NCBI GenBank assembly: GCA_017511715.1 | Contig: JAFWJF010000007.1 | Span: 6,421 to 70,420, forward strand | Direction: 5' to 3' | Length of the DNA: 64,000 nucleotides | Source: Alphaproteobacteria bacterium | Lineage (GTDB): Bacteria > Pseudomonadota > Alphaproteobacteria > Rs-D84 | Part shown: in pieces, positions 11,659 through 21,154 of the stretch | Numbering within the stretch: the stretch's first letter is position 1 | Layout of the letters: each line of letters starts with the position of its first letter | The notes under the pieces: generated by a model | The model's input: the letters and a program-made list of their open reading frames with translations, nothing else | Databases searched by the model: none | What the model was told of the DNA's origin: nothing | Translations under genes and position numbers: made by a program

Positions 11659-12354
11659 TTGAATTATCCAAATGATTTTGATATAAAATCATTTCCTGCG
11701 GGCAAGACAATCGCACTTTCCCGCAGTGTTTCGATATGGATTTCAATTGTTTTCTTTTTAATTGTTGCCGCATGCGGTTTTATCTTATTTGGCATACACT
11801 ATAAACAAAATTATCCGTTTTTAATATCTGTTGATCCGTTTACGAACGATTGGAATGTTGTGACGTATCCTGGCAAGAACAAAAAGGAAACACTGCAACA
11901 ATACCAAATTGTCCAGGAAAAACTAGTTCGCGATTTTGTGACAAATTGGTTTACAATCACAGGCAATTCACAACAAGACGAACAGCGTTGGCAATCATGT
12001 GATGCCGAAGGTTGTATGGCAAGTGAACAATTTAATCCAGACAATATAAAATGTGCATTGTCTTGCAAATCTGCCCCGGCTGTGTTTGATGAATTTTACA
12101 AAAACGTATTGCCAGATTATCGTTCTTATGCTGGCGCGTCGGGCAAATGGTCTGTTGAACGCATGCTTATCACACCAAATAATGTGAATCAAAAATCTGG
12201 CACTTGGCAGGTTGTGGTATCAATTCAACCTGCTATGTCTGCGCCTTTTGATGCGTTGGTGTTTATTACGATTGAACAAGACCAAAACAAATATCCTGCA
12301 ACTTTGGGGTATTATATAACAACCTTTAATTCGTACAGAATAATAAATGAATAA
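11659..12354 (+). CDS. VirB8-like bitopic membrane protein (NTF2-like periplasmic domain)
   Basis: TTG start with AGGGGG RBS; single N-terminal TM helix; periplasmic part aligns by eye with VirB8 (KQNYPF-ISVD..., ends ...GYYITTFNSYRI like ...GFQVMSYRV). Confidence 0.45.
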   Translation: MNYPNDFDIKSFPAGKTIALSRSVSIWISIVFFLIVAACGFILFGIHYKQNYPFLISVDPFTNDWNVVTYPGKNKKETLQQYQIVQEKLVRDFVTNWFTITGNSQQDEQRWQSCDAEGCMASEQFNPDNIKCALSCKSAPAVFDEFYKNVLPDYRSYAGASGKWSVERMLITPNNVNQKSGTWQVVVSIQPAMSAPFDALVFITIEQDQNKYPATLGYYITTFNSYRIINE

Positions 12355-13012
12355 GATAAAGTCATTTTTTGCAGGTTTGTTTTTATTGATAATAACTTTT
12401 ATTATCATTGTTCTTTGCGCCCTGCTTTATCGTGCTAACGAACGTTCTTCGATAAAATCTTATATTTTTCAAATGAACAATTTTGCGAATCAGCGTGTTG
12501 GCGAATTGCAAGATATAAATGATATTTCTGCCGAAGATTTGCGTAATAAACTGATAAAAAAATATGTATCTGAATATTTCAAGGTGATACCGGGCGAACA
12601 AAATGCTGAAAATCGTTCTGTGTTAGATGCCCTGTCTACCGATGCTGCGTATAAACAATGGCAAAAAGGCGAAGCAAAAACAATCGCCGAAATGTCCCGC
12701 AAGAATATGTTTCGTATTGTCCATGTTTATGACGATGGAATTGCAACATTAAACAGACCTGCCGATTATAATTATACTGATGAAATTGAAAAAAATATTT
12801 ATTATTCCGTTCGTTATTATACAGAAACATGGACGGAAACGAATAAAATGGCAACAGAACCCGTCAAAGAACAAGGGGTTATTTACATTGAAGCCCGATT
12901 CCGACCAGGGATAAGAAAAGATATAGATGTTCAAAAACATTTACAAAAGGGTGAAAATCCAGTAGAATTGTTTAGATTCGAAGTAACAAATATAGGAAAT
13001 AAAGAATCATGA
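12347..13012 (+). CDS. Second bitopic membrane protein, VirB8/NTF2-like paralog (tentative)
   Basis: N-terminal TM, similar size/architecture to upstream gene; overlapping start. Confidence 0.35.
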   Translation: MNKIKSFFAGLFLLIITFIIIVLCALLYRANERSSIKSYIFQMNNFANQRVGELQDINDISAEDLRNKLIKKYVSEYFKVIPGEQNAENRSVLDALSTDAAYKQWQKGEAKTIAEMSRKNMFRIVHVYDDGIATLNRPADYNYTDEIEKNIYYSVRYYTETWTETNKMATEPVKEQGVIYIEARFRPGIRKDIDVQKHLQKGENPVELFRFEVTNIGNKES

Positions 13013-13800
13013 TGATGAAAAAAATCTGCTTTTTGATGTCTTTGTGTTGTTTGACAATTATGTCAAATGCGGTATTGGCAGATGATTACGATGATTTATC
13101 GTTTGATTCTTTCGCAATTGTTGATGATGTTGATTCTGATATGACGATGGAACAGGTTTCGCTTAATTCAGGCGCGGCGGTTGTAAATGTTAAACAATTT
13201 GATGTTGCCGGCGTAATGTTAGGAATGAATTATGACCAAGTAAACGATTTATTCTTTAACGGTTCTGGACTTTATGCACCCAGTCAAAAAAATAGTGTCG
13301 TTTATACTATAAACAAAGAATGGAAATATAACCTTGATTATGAATGCAGACAAAACAACATCTTTGTTCCCGAACAATTGGAAAAATGCATAAATTCTTT
13401 GGCGCGCAACCGCGGACTTTTGTATGTATCGGAAGTGCACGTTGAACGTACTTTTACTGGCGAAACAGTTGATGTCTATTTTACCAGCAATGCCACAGAT
13501 AATCTTGTATGGAAAGTTGTATATAATAATGATGTGAACAAAATGGATGGCGAAAGTGAAAAATTTGCGAATCAACGTGAAAAAAAGATTCTGGCATTCT
13601 GGCAGGGTGTGATTGATAAATACGGCGTTCCAAATTCTGATGAAGACAAATGGATTTCTTCGGAAAACGCGTATGACCCAATGATGCAGGCTTTTTATGG
13701 TCAATTGGTTTTACAAGATAAAGGATTGGAAGCGACTGATTCTTCGGAAAACATCCACAAGGCACGCGAAAATTTCCAGGCAAAACCTTATGCTTTTTAA
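13009..13800 (+). CDS. Secreted hypothetical protein (263 aa)
   Basis: Signal peptide, no recognisable domain; translationally coupled to upstream genes. Confidence 0.45.
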   Translation: MMMKKICFLMSLCCLTIMSNAVLADDYDDLSFDSFAIVDDVDSDMTMEQVSLNSGAAVVNVKQFDVAGVMLGMNYDQVNDLFFNGSGLYAPSQKNSVVYTINKEWKYNLDYECRQNNIFVPEQLEKCINSLARNRGLLYVSEVHVERTFTGETVDVYFTSNATDNLVWKVVYNNDVNKMDGESEKFANQREKKILAFWQGVIDKYGVPNSDEDKWISSENAYDPMMQAFYGQLVLQDKGLEATDSSENIHKARENFQAKPYAF

Positions 13801-14143
13801 TAAAACATCTTATACGGTCGGTTTATATTCTGAATTCTTGGCACGTATGTATTTGCGTTTTCACGGATACAAAATATTGAAAAGCAGATATATTACCGGA
13901 AAAAATACTAATCGTGCCGAAATAGATATTATTGCCAGGCACAAAGACACAATTGTTTTTGTTGAAGTCAAAGCACGGAAAAACACTTCTGCGGCGTGGG
14001 ACGCAATAACACCGAAACAGTCGTTGCGCCTGCGTCGTGCCGCAGAAACATACTTAATAAAAAAACAATGGACAGGAAATGCCCGCTTTGATGTGATTAT
14101 TGTTTGCGGGCATAAAATATATTGGTCCAAGAACGCTATTTAA
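13790..14143 (+). CDS. yraN: YraN family (UPF0102) predicted endonuclease
   Basis: Start overlaps previous gene by 11 nt; motif EIDIIARHKDTIVFVEVKARK typical of UPF0102. Confidence 0.75.
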   Translation: MLFNKTSYTVGLYSEFLARMYLRFHGYKILKSRYITGKNTNRAEIDIIARHKDTIVFVEVKARKNTSAAWDAITPKQSLRLRRAAETYLIKKQWTGNARFDVIIVCGHKIYWSKNAI

Positions 14144-14418
14144 TTTTTTATAACCGCACTTTTAATTAAAGTGACATCTTCTTTGATTCCATCTATTTTC
14201 AATTGCAATTGCCCAATACCAGATTCCAATATTGTTGTGCGATTTTCCAGGGCTATTATTCGTTGATCCTGTCTGTCGATTTCTGAAACATAAGAATCTT
14301 GCCGGGCAACCCAATATATTATTCCTGCGATAAAAGCAATTAAAAACCAACTTTCGCGCAGGGTATCTATAAAACTAAAAATATTTTGTTGTTTGGTCAT
14401 GATAAAAGATAATTTCAC
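14140..14418 (-). CDS. Small membrane/coiled-coil protein, last gene of virion-like cluster
   Basis: 92 aa with one TM helix then coiled coil. Confidence 0.35.
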   Translation of the reverse strand: MKLSFIMTKQQNIFSFIDTLRESWFLIAFIAGIIYWVARQDSYVSEIDRQDQRIIALENRTTILESGIGQLQLKIDGIKEDVTLIKSAVIKN

Positions 14419-14425
14419 ATAAAAT

Positions 14426-14635
14426 TTATGTTATATTATTCCCCCGTTTTATAAGATTTTCTATTTGATGGACCAGCGCATTTTGCGCCGCCCACCAACG
14501 CAATTCGTCATTTGAAGCGTTTTGCCCCATAATACGTTCTCTTGTTATTGCGCGCAAATGATTCAAGACTTGTTTTCCTGATGCAGTGTTGAAAACACGT
14601 GCATAATGTTTTTCTATATCATTCATTTTACGCAC
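14426..14635 (-). CDS. Small hypothetical protein (69 aa) in virion-like cluster
   Basis: ORF only; tightly packed after portal gene. Confidence 0.3.
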   Translation of the reverse strand: MRKMNDIEKHYARVFNTASGKQVLNHLRAITRERIMGQNASNDELRWWAAQNALVHQIENLIKRGNNIT

Positions 14636-14638
14636 CCT

Positions 14639-15862
14639 TTATATAGACATTTCTTCGCGTGCCATTTGTGCGATTGGTGCAATGTATTTTAATTCTGCAT
14701 CGCTGTGCAAAGATATCGGTTCGATTAAACCACGTCTTGATAATATCTGAAGCCCTCTTTCACAAAGCGGTTTAATAAATTCTTGTAACAAGCGTCCGTA
14801 TGTCGCACCTAAAATACGCACCATATCGGAATTGCGCGCCAATATTTCTGTGGCGGTCATTTCTTTATCTGAAAGAAGCCCTAACCTGTCTGCCAAAAGG
14901 GTGTGACGTATTCTGTCGCGCAAATCGCGTAAAACTATTTGTGAAACATCAAAATTAGAACCACTGGTTAATGGGGTTAAACCCGAACTGCCGACAGCCT
15001 TTGGAATTATTGCCCCTGGGGTCAAATTGATATTAGACAAATTGATAACCCCATCGTCATCAGCCTGCCATATACCACTTACCGCAATTGTCGCGTTTTT
15101 AAGGACCAATTCAACAACTTTGTTTGCAGTTTTAATGTCTGGCAATGCGCGCAATACCGGACTGCGCCCGTATAATTCACCACTTACCAGCGACCAACGG
15201 AATATAATATAAGGATTGGTTTCAAAAGTTCCGCGTGCAACGATATTATTTTCAATATCACCACCAACATCAACCCACGCGGTAAAATCTTTACCTATTA
15301 ACGATTGAACTAATCTGATTGGGGTTTCTGGGTTTGCTTTTATTGTATCACGCAAATTCGCAGGGAATACAAATTGCGGATATTTTTCCATCAAATCACT
15401 TGCCGGCAAAGAAGTCGTATGAAATACCATGCCCGGCAATATCGCAATGTCTTTCATTGGTATCGCAGTAAACGAAAACGCAGAATCTGAACCAATTGGG
15501 TTTTCCGCCATAAATAAACATGCAGTACCAAGGACAACCAAATCAATATAACACTGATGCACGGTTGTATAAAAATTAGAATCGTTCAAATGGGCGCGCA
15601 ACACAGCTGTTGCTACATCTGCATCTGGGGATAAATCACTTTCGCGAACAAGGTTTATCCACAAAGATTCTGGTGGAGTTAAAAGTGAATACATTGATGC
15701 CGCCAGATTATCCACTGCATCTGCCGCAGTTGCATCAAATAACGTTGCTGATTCTGTGTCGTCTGTTGGGACAGTATAACGCAACGCATTTTTCCAACGT
15801 GGCAACCATTGTTCCCTTTCATCAAGAGCGCGTTTATATAATTGCATAAGATTTTTTTGCAT
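14639..15862 (-). CDS. Phage portal (head-to-tail connector)-like protein
   Basis: 407 aa immediately downstream of terminase nuclease half. Recalled (not searched) resemblance to podovirus connector proteins, including a YGRS motif. Confidence 0.55.
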   Translation of the reverse strand: MQKNLMQLYKRALDEREQWLPRWKNALRYTVPTDDTESATLFDATAADAVDNLAASMYSLLTPPESLWINLVRESDLSPDADVATAVLRAHLNDSNFYTTVHQCYIDLVVLGTACLFMAENPIGSDSAFSFTAIPMKDIAILPGMVFHTTSLPASDLMEKYPQFVFPANLRDTIKANPETPIRLVQSLIGKDFTAWVDVGGDIENNIVARGTFETNPYIIFRWSLVSGELYGRSPVLRALPDIKTANKVVELVLKNATIAVSGIWQADDDGVINLSNINLTPGAIIPKAVGSSGLTPLTSGSNFDVSQIVLRDLRDRIRHTLLADRLGLLSDKEMTATEILARNSDMVRILGATYGRLLQEFIKPLCERGLQILSRRGLIEPISLHSDAELKYIAPIAQMAREEMSI

Positions 15863-15882
15863 TTGTTTTTCCTTTTGTTTTG

Positions 15883-16731
15883 TTATATTTGGAAGTCTGT
15901 ATTTGCACGAATCTGATTTAGAGTCCTGCCCTGTGGTCTTGCAGGAACAGGTGTCATAGAAACAGCACCTGCCAATGCATCCAAACCATCATCGTGTTCT
16001 TTGGAACCCATTGGTGTAAACGCCAACATTTCTGCCAACAGCATCGTTTGCTTTATTCTTTCGTGCATATAAAGATGACCTGTTGAAAGCAAAGGTTCCA
16101 AAGCGTTCAAAATTCTTGTTTCTTTTTTTATATGATTAGAAATTTGTATAATATTTATATTTCTTTGGTGTTTGCGCGCAATATCTCGCATAATTTCTGG
16201 CAACGCATTACCAATGCCATTTGTTTCAATACCTATTCTGAATAAATTGTGTTTCTGCATAAAATCAAGAACACTAATACATTGGTTTGTCAAAGGATGC
16301 ATATCTTCATCTTCAACCCCCATGTATATTATATCGTGCACAAAAACGTTTCTGTTTTTATCATCACGATAAACCAACACACAGACACTGCCATCATGAT
16401 TTTGGCGTCCTGTTGATGGGTCCCAATAACACGCCATACCTGTAATATTATTTTCACCGATTCGCGATGAAAACAAATCAAAATCATCAGAATAAAAATG
16501 AACCGCCCCAGGATCCAGTTGAACGCGTTCTTGGGCGACATATTCCAACATCATTTGTGCAGAAAAATGTCGCTGTCCAACAATATCTGCCAATTCATGT
16601 ATTTTTTCAATTGGAAACATTTCTGGCCATGCTGGGTTTCCCGCAGCGTCAATAATAGGTATTTTCAATTGCTTATACCCCTGTAAAAAAGGTATTGAAT
16701 TCTGAAAATTTTCGTTTAATCTAATAGACAT
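15883..16731 (-). CDS. Terminase large subunit, C-terminal nuclease half
   Basis: 282 aa with RNase-H-like terminase nuclease motifs (YWDPSTG, IETNG, HDDGLDALAGA). No ATPase motifs. Its ATG overlaps the dnaB ATG in a CATG tetranucleotide. Confidence 0.7.
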   Translation of the reverse strand: MSIRLNENFQNSIPFLQGYKQLKIPIIDAAGNPAWPEMFPIEKIHELADIVGQRHFSAQMMLEYVAQERVQLDPGAVHFYSDDFDLFSSRIGENNITGMACYWDPSTGRQNHDGSVCVLVYRDDKNRNVFVHDIIYMGVEDEDMHPLTNQCISVLDFMQKHNLFRIGIETNGIGNALPEIMRDIARKHQRNINIIQISNHIKKETRILNALEPLLSTGHLYMHERIKQTMLLAEMLAFTPMGSKEHDDGLDALAGAVSMTPVPARPQGRTLNQIRANTDFQI

Positions 16732-18280
16732 GGACTTTACTCCGAAAACTTTACCTACTAACCTAGAAGCCGAACAGGCCGTTTTGGCTGCGGTATTGAT
16801 GAATAACCGCGCACTGGAATCAGTATCTGATTTTTTGTTGCCGGAACATTTTTCGCATCCTGCACACCAAGAAATTTACAGACTGGCAATGCGTCAATTT
16901 GCCGTTGGAATTCCATTTGATATAATTACCGCCAAAACATACCTTGAACAGCAAGGCACTCTTGAAACCGTCGGTGGCGTTGAATATTTATCAAAATTGG
17001 CTTCTGCTGGCTCTACCGTGGTAAATGTTGAACATTACGGACACATTGTTTTTGATAATGCCCGCCGTCGTGATTTAATTCAGTTGGGACAAAGCATTAT
17101 TGATGATGCTTATACCGAAGATTTAGACAAAACAGTAAATGCACAGATAGAATCTGCGGAACAAAAACTGTTTAATCTTGCATCCACTGGACAAAGTGAA
17201 CACAACGTTGTATCTTTGGCGGACGCATTGAAAAGCGCATTACAAGAAGCCGAAATCGCATATAAAGCAGATGGAAAGTTATCTGGTCTTACAACCGGGT
17301 TGGACGATTTAGACAAATCAATAAGTGGCTTACATCATTCTGATTTAATCATTATTGCTGGTCGTCCTGGTATGGGAAAAACGACATTGGCAATGAACAT
17401 CGCATTTAATGCTGCAAACGCTATATTGAACGAACGCGCGAACGCACAATATAAAGGCGCGGTCGCATTTTTTAGTCTTGAAATGTCTTTTGCGCAATTG
17501 GCAACACGTGTGTTGTCTTCTCAATCAAAAATACCAGCGACACGCATGCGTGAGGGTAATTTGACAGATGAAGACTTTATGAAAATGTCACAATACAGTG
17601 AAGCACTGTCAAAAGTTCCTGTGGTCATTGATGACACGGCAAACATGTCTGTTGCGGCAATAAAAACACGTGCCCGCAGAATTGCCCGTAAATATGGCAA
17701 TATCGCATTGATTGTTATTGACTATTTACAGCTGATGACTTCACCTGGTGGCAAACACAACGACAATCGTGTTCAAGAATTATCAGAAATCACGCGTGGC
17801 TTGAAAATTTTAGCCAAGGAATTAGATGTTCCTGTTATCGCATTGTCTCAGTTATCACGAAGTGTCGAACAACGTGATGACAAACGCCCTGTATTATCAG
17901 ATTTGCGTGAATCTGGTTCTATTGAACAAGATGCGGATATTGTTATGTTTACATACCGCGAAGAATATTACCTTGAAGGACGTTCACCTGATAAAAAATT
18001 ATCCGGGACCGCATCTGAAACGTCCATGCAAAATTGGCAAAAACGCTTAGATAATGTTCGCAACAAAGCAGATGTTATCATCGCCAAGAACCGCCATGGT
18101 AAACCAGAAACTGTTCATTTAAGCTTTACCGGCGAATATTACCTGTTTGATAACCTTAATCAATTTGGTCCACAGCCAACACATGATTCTGAATTTGGAA
18201 ACCAATTCACAACAGCCACATCCGACACAAATATACCAAATGTTGCAGACATTAATGATATTCCTGACGATATGATTTAA
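16730..18280 (+). CDS. dnaB: Replicative DNA helicase DnaB
   Basis: 516 aa; N-terminal LEAEQAVLAAVL motif, Walker A GRPGMGKTT, RecA-like core, ~40 aa C-terminal extension. Confidence 0.92.
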   Translation: MDFTPKTLPTNLEAEQAVLAAVLMNNRALESVSDFLLPEHFSHPAHQEIYRLAMRQFAVGIPFDIITAKTYLEQQGTLETVGGVEYLSKLASAGSTVVNVEHYGHIVFDNARRRDLIQLGQSIIDDAYTEDLDKTVNAQIESAEQKLFNLASTGQSEHNVVSLADALKSALQEAEIAYKADGKLSGLTTGLDDLDKSISGLHHSDLIIIAGRPGMGKTTLAMNIAFNAANAILNERANAQYKGAVAFFSLEMSFAQLATRVLSSQSKIPATRMREGNLTDEDFMKMSQYSEALSKVPVVIDDTANMSVAAIKTRARRIARKYGNIALIVIDYLQLMTSPGGKHNDNRVQELSEITRGLKILAKELDVPVIALSQLSRSVEQRDDKRPVLSDLRESGSIEQDADIVMFTYREEYYLEGRSPDKKLSGTASETSMQNWQKRLDNVRNKADVIIAKNRHGKPETVHLSFTGEYYLFDNLNQFGPQPTHDSEFGNQFTTATSDTNIPNVADINDIPDDMI

Positions 18281-18305
18281 TTTTTACTTGCCAAAGTTTA
18301 GAAAA

Positions 18306-18340
18306 TTGACTAACATTTTGTCAACATATGTATATTCAGG
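18306..18340 (+). promoter_or_regulatory. Promoter with palindromic operator-like site (TTGAC-N9-GTCAA) upstream of XRE repressor gene
   Basis: -35 ttgact, -10 tatatt, RBS caggag. -35 lies inside inverted repeat ttgactaacattttgtcaa. Confidence 0.4.
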
Positions 18341-18348
18341 AGTCCACC

Positions 18349-19356
18349 ATGGCACAAGAAGAAATCATTTTTCCAAATAATATCCGTAACATTCGTGCAA
18401 GCAAAGGTATGAAAATGACAGAATTGGCACGCCGTGCAAATTTGTCATTGTCTGCTGTATCAAAGATTGAAAAAGGCGTTCGCCGTCTTAATCAAAAGCA
18501 GTTGTTAAATGTATGCACTATCTTGGGCTGTAAATTGTCGGATATATTTATTCACGAATCTGATTCTGTTGCACAAAATTGGCAAAACGAAATCAAACGT
18601 CGTTTAACAGACAACGAAGATAGCGGCTTGAAAATATTTGGTTCTGGTCTTCGCAAAATTCGCCAACGCACCGAAAAGACTATCGCCCAGGCCGCACACG
18701 ATGCAAAAATGACATTATCTGTGTATCATAAAATCGAAGTCGGTCAACGCGAAGTTTATGAAAACGAAATCGAAGTTTTGGCCCAGGCTTTTGGGTATAA
18801 AGCCTCTGAATTATTTGACGAAATCGCAAAACTTTACAAGGCTGGTGAATTAACAAAACAGATTAACAAAGTCAAAGAACGTGTCAAATCTGTTTTAGAG
18901 CCTGTAAATCCTATTTCTGGTCTTGACATTCATGGCGGTCTTTACGGCGCACAATTATATGATAATGCCCGCAAAAAATTAGTTCCTGTATTTGGCAAGC
19001 CTTCTGGTAAATCTATCAAATTGAAAAAATCTGATGAAACAATGATTGTGGCACCAACTACATTGGAAGGACACACTGGAATATATGCAGTTGTACCTAA
19101 TTCCAAAAGGTTAGGAGGTTTTGTTCCTGAATCTTCATATATTTTTGTAGACTCTAATTCAACACCAAAAGTTGGTGATTTGGCGGTCTGCATAAATGAA
19201 GATTTTGATAAATTGCCACTTGATGGTACGGCCGATGCCCAGGTTGTGGTTGTTCGTCAAGACAGCCATGGAAAAATGTTTGGTCACATATCTAACCCAG
19301 AAGAAAAGATTTCTGGTAAAACTTTTCACAAGGTTGTTATGATAGTGATGCAATAA
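18349..19356 (+). CDS. Tandem XRE-family HTH repressor with C-terminal S24/LexA-like (apparently non-catalytic) domain
   Basis: Two HTH_3-like segments (MTELARRANLSLSAVSKIEKG; TIAQAAHDAKMTLSVYHKIEVG). C-terminal beta-rich domain resembles S24 peptidase fold but lacks the GDSM serine motif. Confidence 0.65.
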   Translation: MAQEEIIFPNNIRNIRASKGMKMTELARRANLSLSAVSKIEKGVRRLNQKQLLNVCTILGCKLSDIFIHESDSVAQNWQNEIKRRLTDNEDSGLKIFGSGLRKIRQRTEKTIAQAAHDAKMTLSVYHKIEVGQREVYENEIEVLAQAFGYKASELFDEIAKLYKAGELTKQINKVKERVKSVLEPVNPISGLDIHGGLYGAQLYDNARKKLVPVFGKPSGKSIKLKKSDETMIVAPTTLEGHTGIYAVVPNSKRLGGFVPESSYIFVDSNSTPKVGDLAVCINEDFDKLPLDGTADAQVVVVRQDSHGKMFGHISNPEEKISGKTFHKVVMIVMQ

Positions 19357-19388
19357 GGCACTATCTCAAAACACAGGGGAGAGAGAAA

Positions 19389-20030
19389 ATGCAACAGCAA
19401 GCACACACAATCGCGCAACGTTTATTAAACCTTTACCGCCAGGCACATGTTATCGAAGGTGGCTGGGCAGCAGTTAATAAAGTTTTTATTGCAGAATCTA
19501 ATGATGCCCAAGTTATCACGGAACTGGAAAACCTGCCGACCGGCAAACGATTGGTTGCACACATTAATAACCTGCGCAGTGGTAAAACCCCTATGGATTC
19601 CATAGACAAAGATTTGCTGCCATATGGTGGTTTGATGTCTGGGGCGACAGGAAACGTTTCTTTAACCAAAGAAGAAATAAAACAGTTAAAACAAGCGCTA
19701 GATTCTTTTCAACCAACCACAGAAAGTCTGGATGTTATCAAAAACTTACCTTTCGTCAAAAAATTTGGTAACGATTGGGTTGATGACATAAGGTCTGCGA
19801 TTGCGTTTGATAATGATATGCTTACAAAATGGCGCACTGTTGCCCAAACAGACAAGGCATACAAAATCTGGAACAGCGCAAAAGAATTATTATCAGAAAC
19901 ATTGACAGAACGCAATCGTGCCCAAATTCAAGCAGACATGCTGGAATATGAAACTTATTTACCAATGTTTGGCGATGCAGGCAAAGAAGTTTTATCTAAA
20001 CTTCGTACATTTATGTCTTCGCTGTCATAG
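19389..20030 (+). CDS. Hypothetical protein (213 aa) in dnaB-repressor cassette
   Basis: RBS gggagag; no recognisable motifs. Confidence 0.35.
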   Translation: MQQQAHTIAQRLLNLYRQAHVIEGGWAAVNKVFIAESNDAQVITELENLPTGKRLVAHINNLRSGKTPMDSIDKDLLPYGGLMSGATGNVSLTKEEIKQLKQALDSFQPTTESLDVIKNLPFVKKFGNDWVDDIRSAIAFDNDMLTKWRTVAQTDKAYKIWNSAKELLSETLTERNRAQIQADMLEYETYLPMFGDAGKEVLSKLRTFMSSLS

Positions 20031-20031
20031 G

Positions 20032-20667
20032 CTATTCAATTTTGTATATTGTGTCTTGCGTGTGTGGGGTTCCTATGAAAATCATAGTTCCATTTGGCGA
20101 CAATATAAAATCTAGTTCGCGCAGTCTTTCCCGCAGGTTTATTCGTTTTTGCTGTGTATTGCAGGTATTCGGCACTTCTACGTCATCACATATAATCAAA
20201 TCAGAACGCATACCTGTTATATTGCCAGAAATTCCCTGACAAATAACGGATGGTTCTCTGATTCCGATTGGACGATTGATGGTTATTTTATGCGATCCCC
20301 ACTCTTTTTTTACATCCGGCACAATACCTTCACACCACGGGTGATTTTCAATGATATTTTTTATATGCGCCACCATGCGCGATGCCAACCCAGATTCCGC
20401 AGATAATATTAAAATTCTGGTTTCTGGTTTATGATACAATACACACGCAGCAAACACACCAACAACTGTTGATTTCCCAGAATGCCGAAACGCATTTAAC
20501 AGACCGCGATGTGGCGAATTGTTAAACACATCGACCAAAAAACTGAGTATTTGCCGGTGATGTTTTGGCGTTTGCAAACCCAAGACTTTATTCCATGCAT
20601 CTAAGAAATTAAATGCTTCCGTAATCGTCATTGTTTTCGCCATCTGCGTCTTCTGCCACAGAACCAT
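20032..20667 (-). CDS. Terminase large subunit, N-terminal ATPase half
   Basis: 211 aa with Walker A (RHSGKST), Walker B (LIICDDVE) and coupling motif (IFIGTP); ends with a stop, no nuclease domain. Confidence 0.7.
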   Translation of the reverse strand: MVLWQKTQMAKTMTITEAFNFLDAWNKVLGLQTPKHHRQILSFLVDVFNNSPHRGLLNAFRHSGKSTVVGVFAACVLYHKPETRILILSAESGLASRMVAHIKNIIENHPWCEGIVPDVKKEWGSHKITINRPIGIREPSVICQGISGNITGMRSDLIICDDVEVPNTCNTQQKRINLRERLRELDFILSPNGTMIFIGTPHTQDTIYKIE

Positions 20668-21145
20668 AATCGTTTATCATATCTTGTAATACAGACACCA
20701 AATTGTAATACAACCCCAGCACTGCACCGCCCGACATTTTATCTTCTATGGTTGATATTGCATAATCAATTTTTGTCAAAAGATTATCATGGACATTTGC
20801 CCACTGTGCCAAATCGACATCTATGCTGCGAATATCCTGCAGGGCGGCCAATAAAAAATTGAAATCAGTATTCAAATCTTCTGGATCTATTTTAGCAGTT
20901 GTCTGGTAATCAATAACACGGGATAAATCTACTTGACGAAAGATATCTATATTCTTGTTATTTTCTGGTGCGCTGGCAAAAACAACTATGCCCCCACCAA
21001 AATCGTCGTTTGGATTCACTGCGTATTGAGTAGTGTCTAAAACAGTATTATCAATACTAACCTTGACATCAGATTCTTGAAAGAACGGGAAAGAAAATGA
21101 AAATTCTGAGGTTTCTCCATCCCCAACATAAGAGATTTTATACAT
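20609..21145 (-). CDS. Tail fiber-like protein (conserved fiber N-terminal motif)
   Basis: N-terminus YVGDGETSEFSFSFPFFQESDVKV resembles the conserved N-terminal anchor motif of many phage tail fiber proteins. Confidence 0.4.
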   Translation of the reverse strand: MYKISYVGDGETSEFSFSFPFFQESDVKVSIDNTVLDTTQYAVNPNDDFGGGIVVFASAPENNKNIDIFRQVDLSRVIDYQTTAKIDPEDLNTDFNFLLAALQDIRSIDVDLAQWANVHDNLLTKIDYAISTIEDKMSGGAVLGLYYNLVSVLQDMINDYGSVAEDADGENNDDYGSI

Positions 21146-21154
21146 TTTATCCCC

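Noticed and set aside
16730-18280. Possibility that the long DnaB (516 aa) contains an intein
   Set aside because: The extra length is a C-terminal tail after the complete helicase core. No internal insertion interrupts the Walker or H-motifs, and no intein splice-junction motifs are seen.
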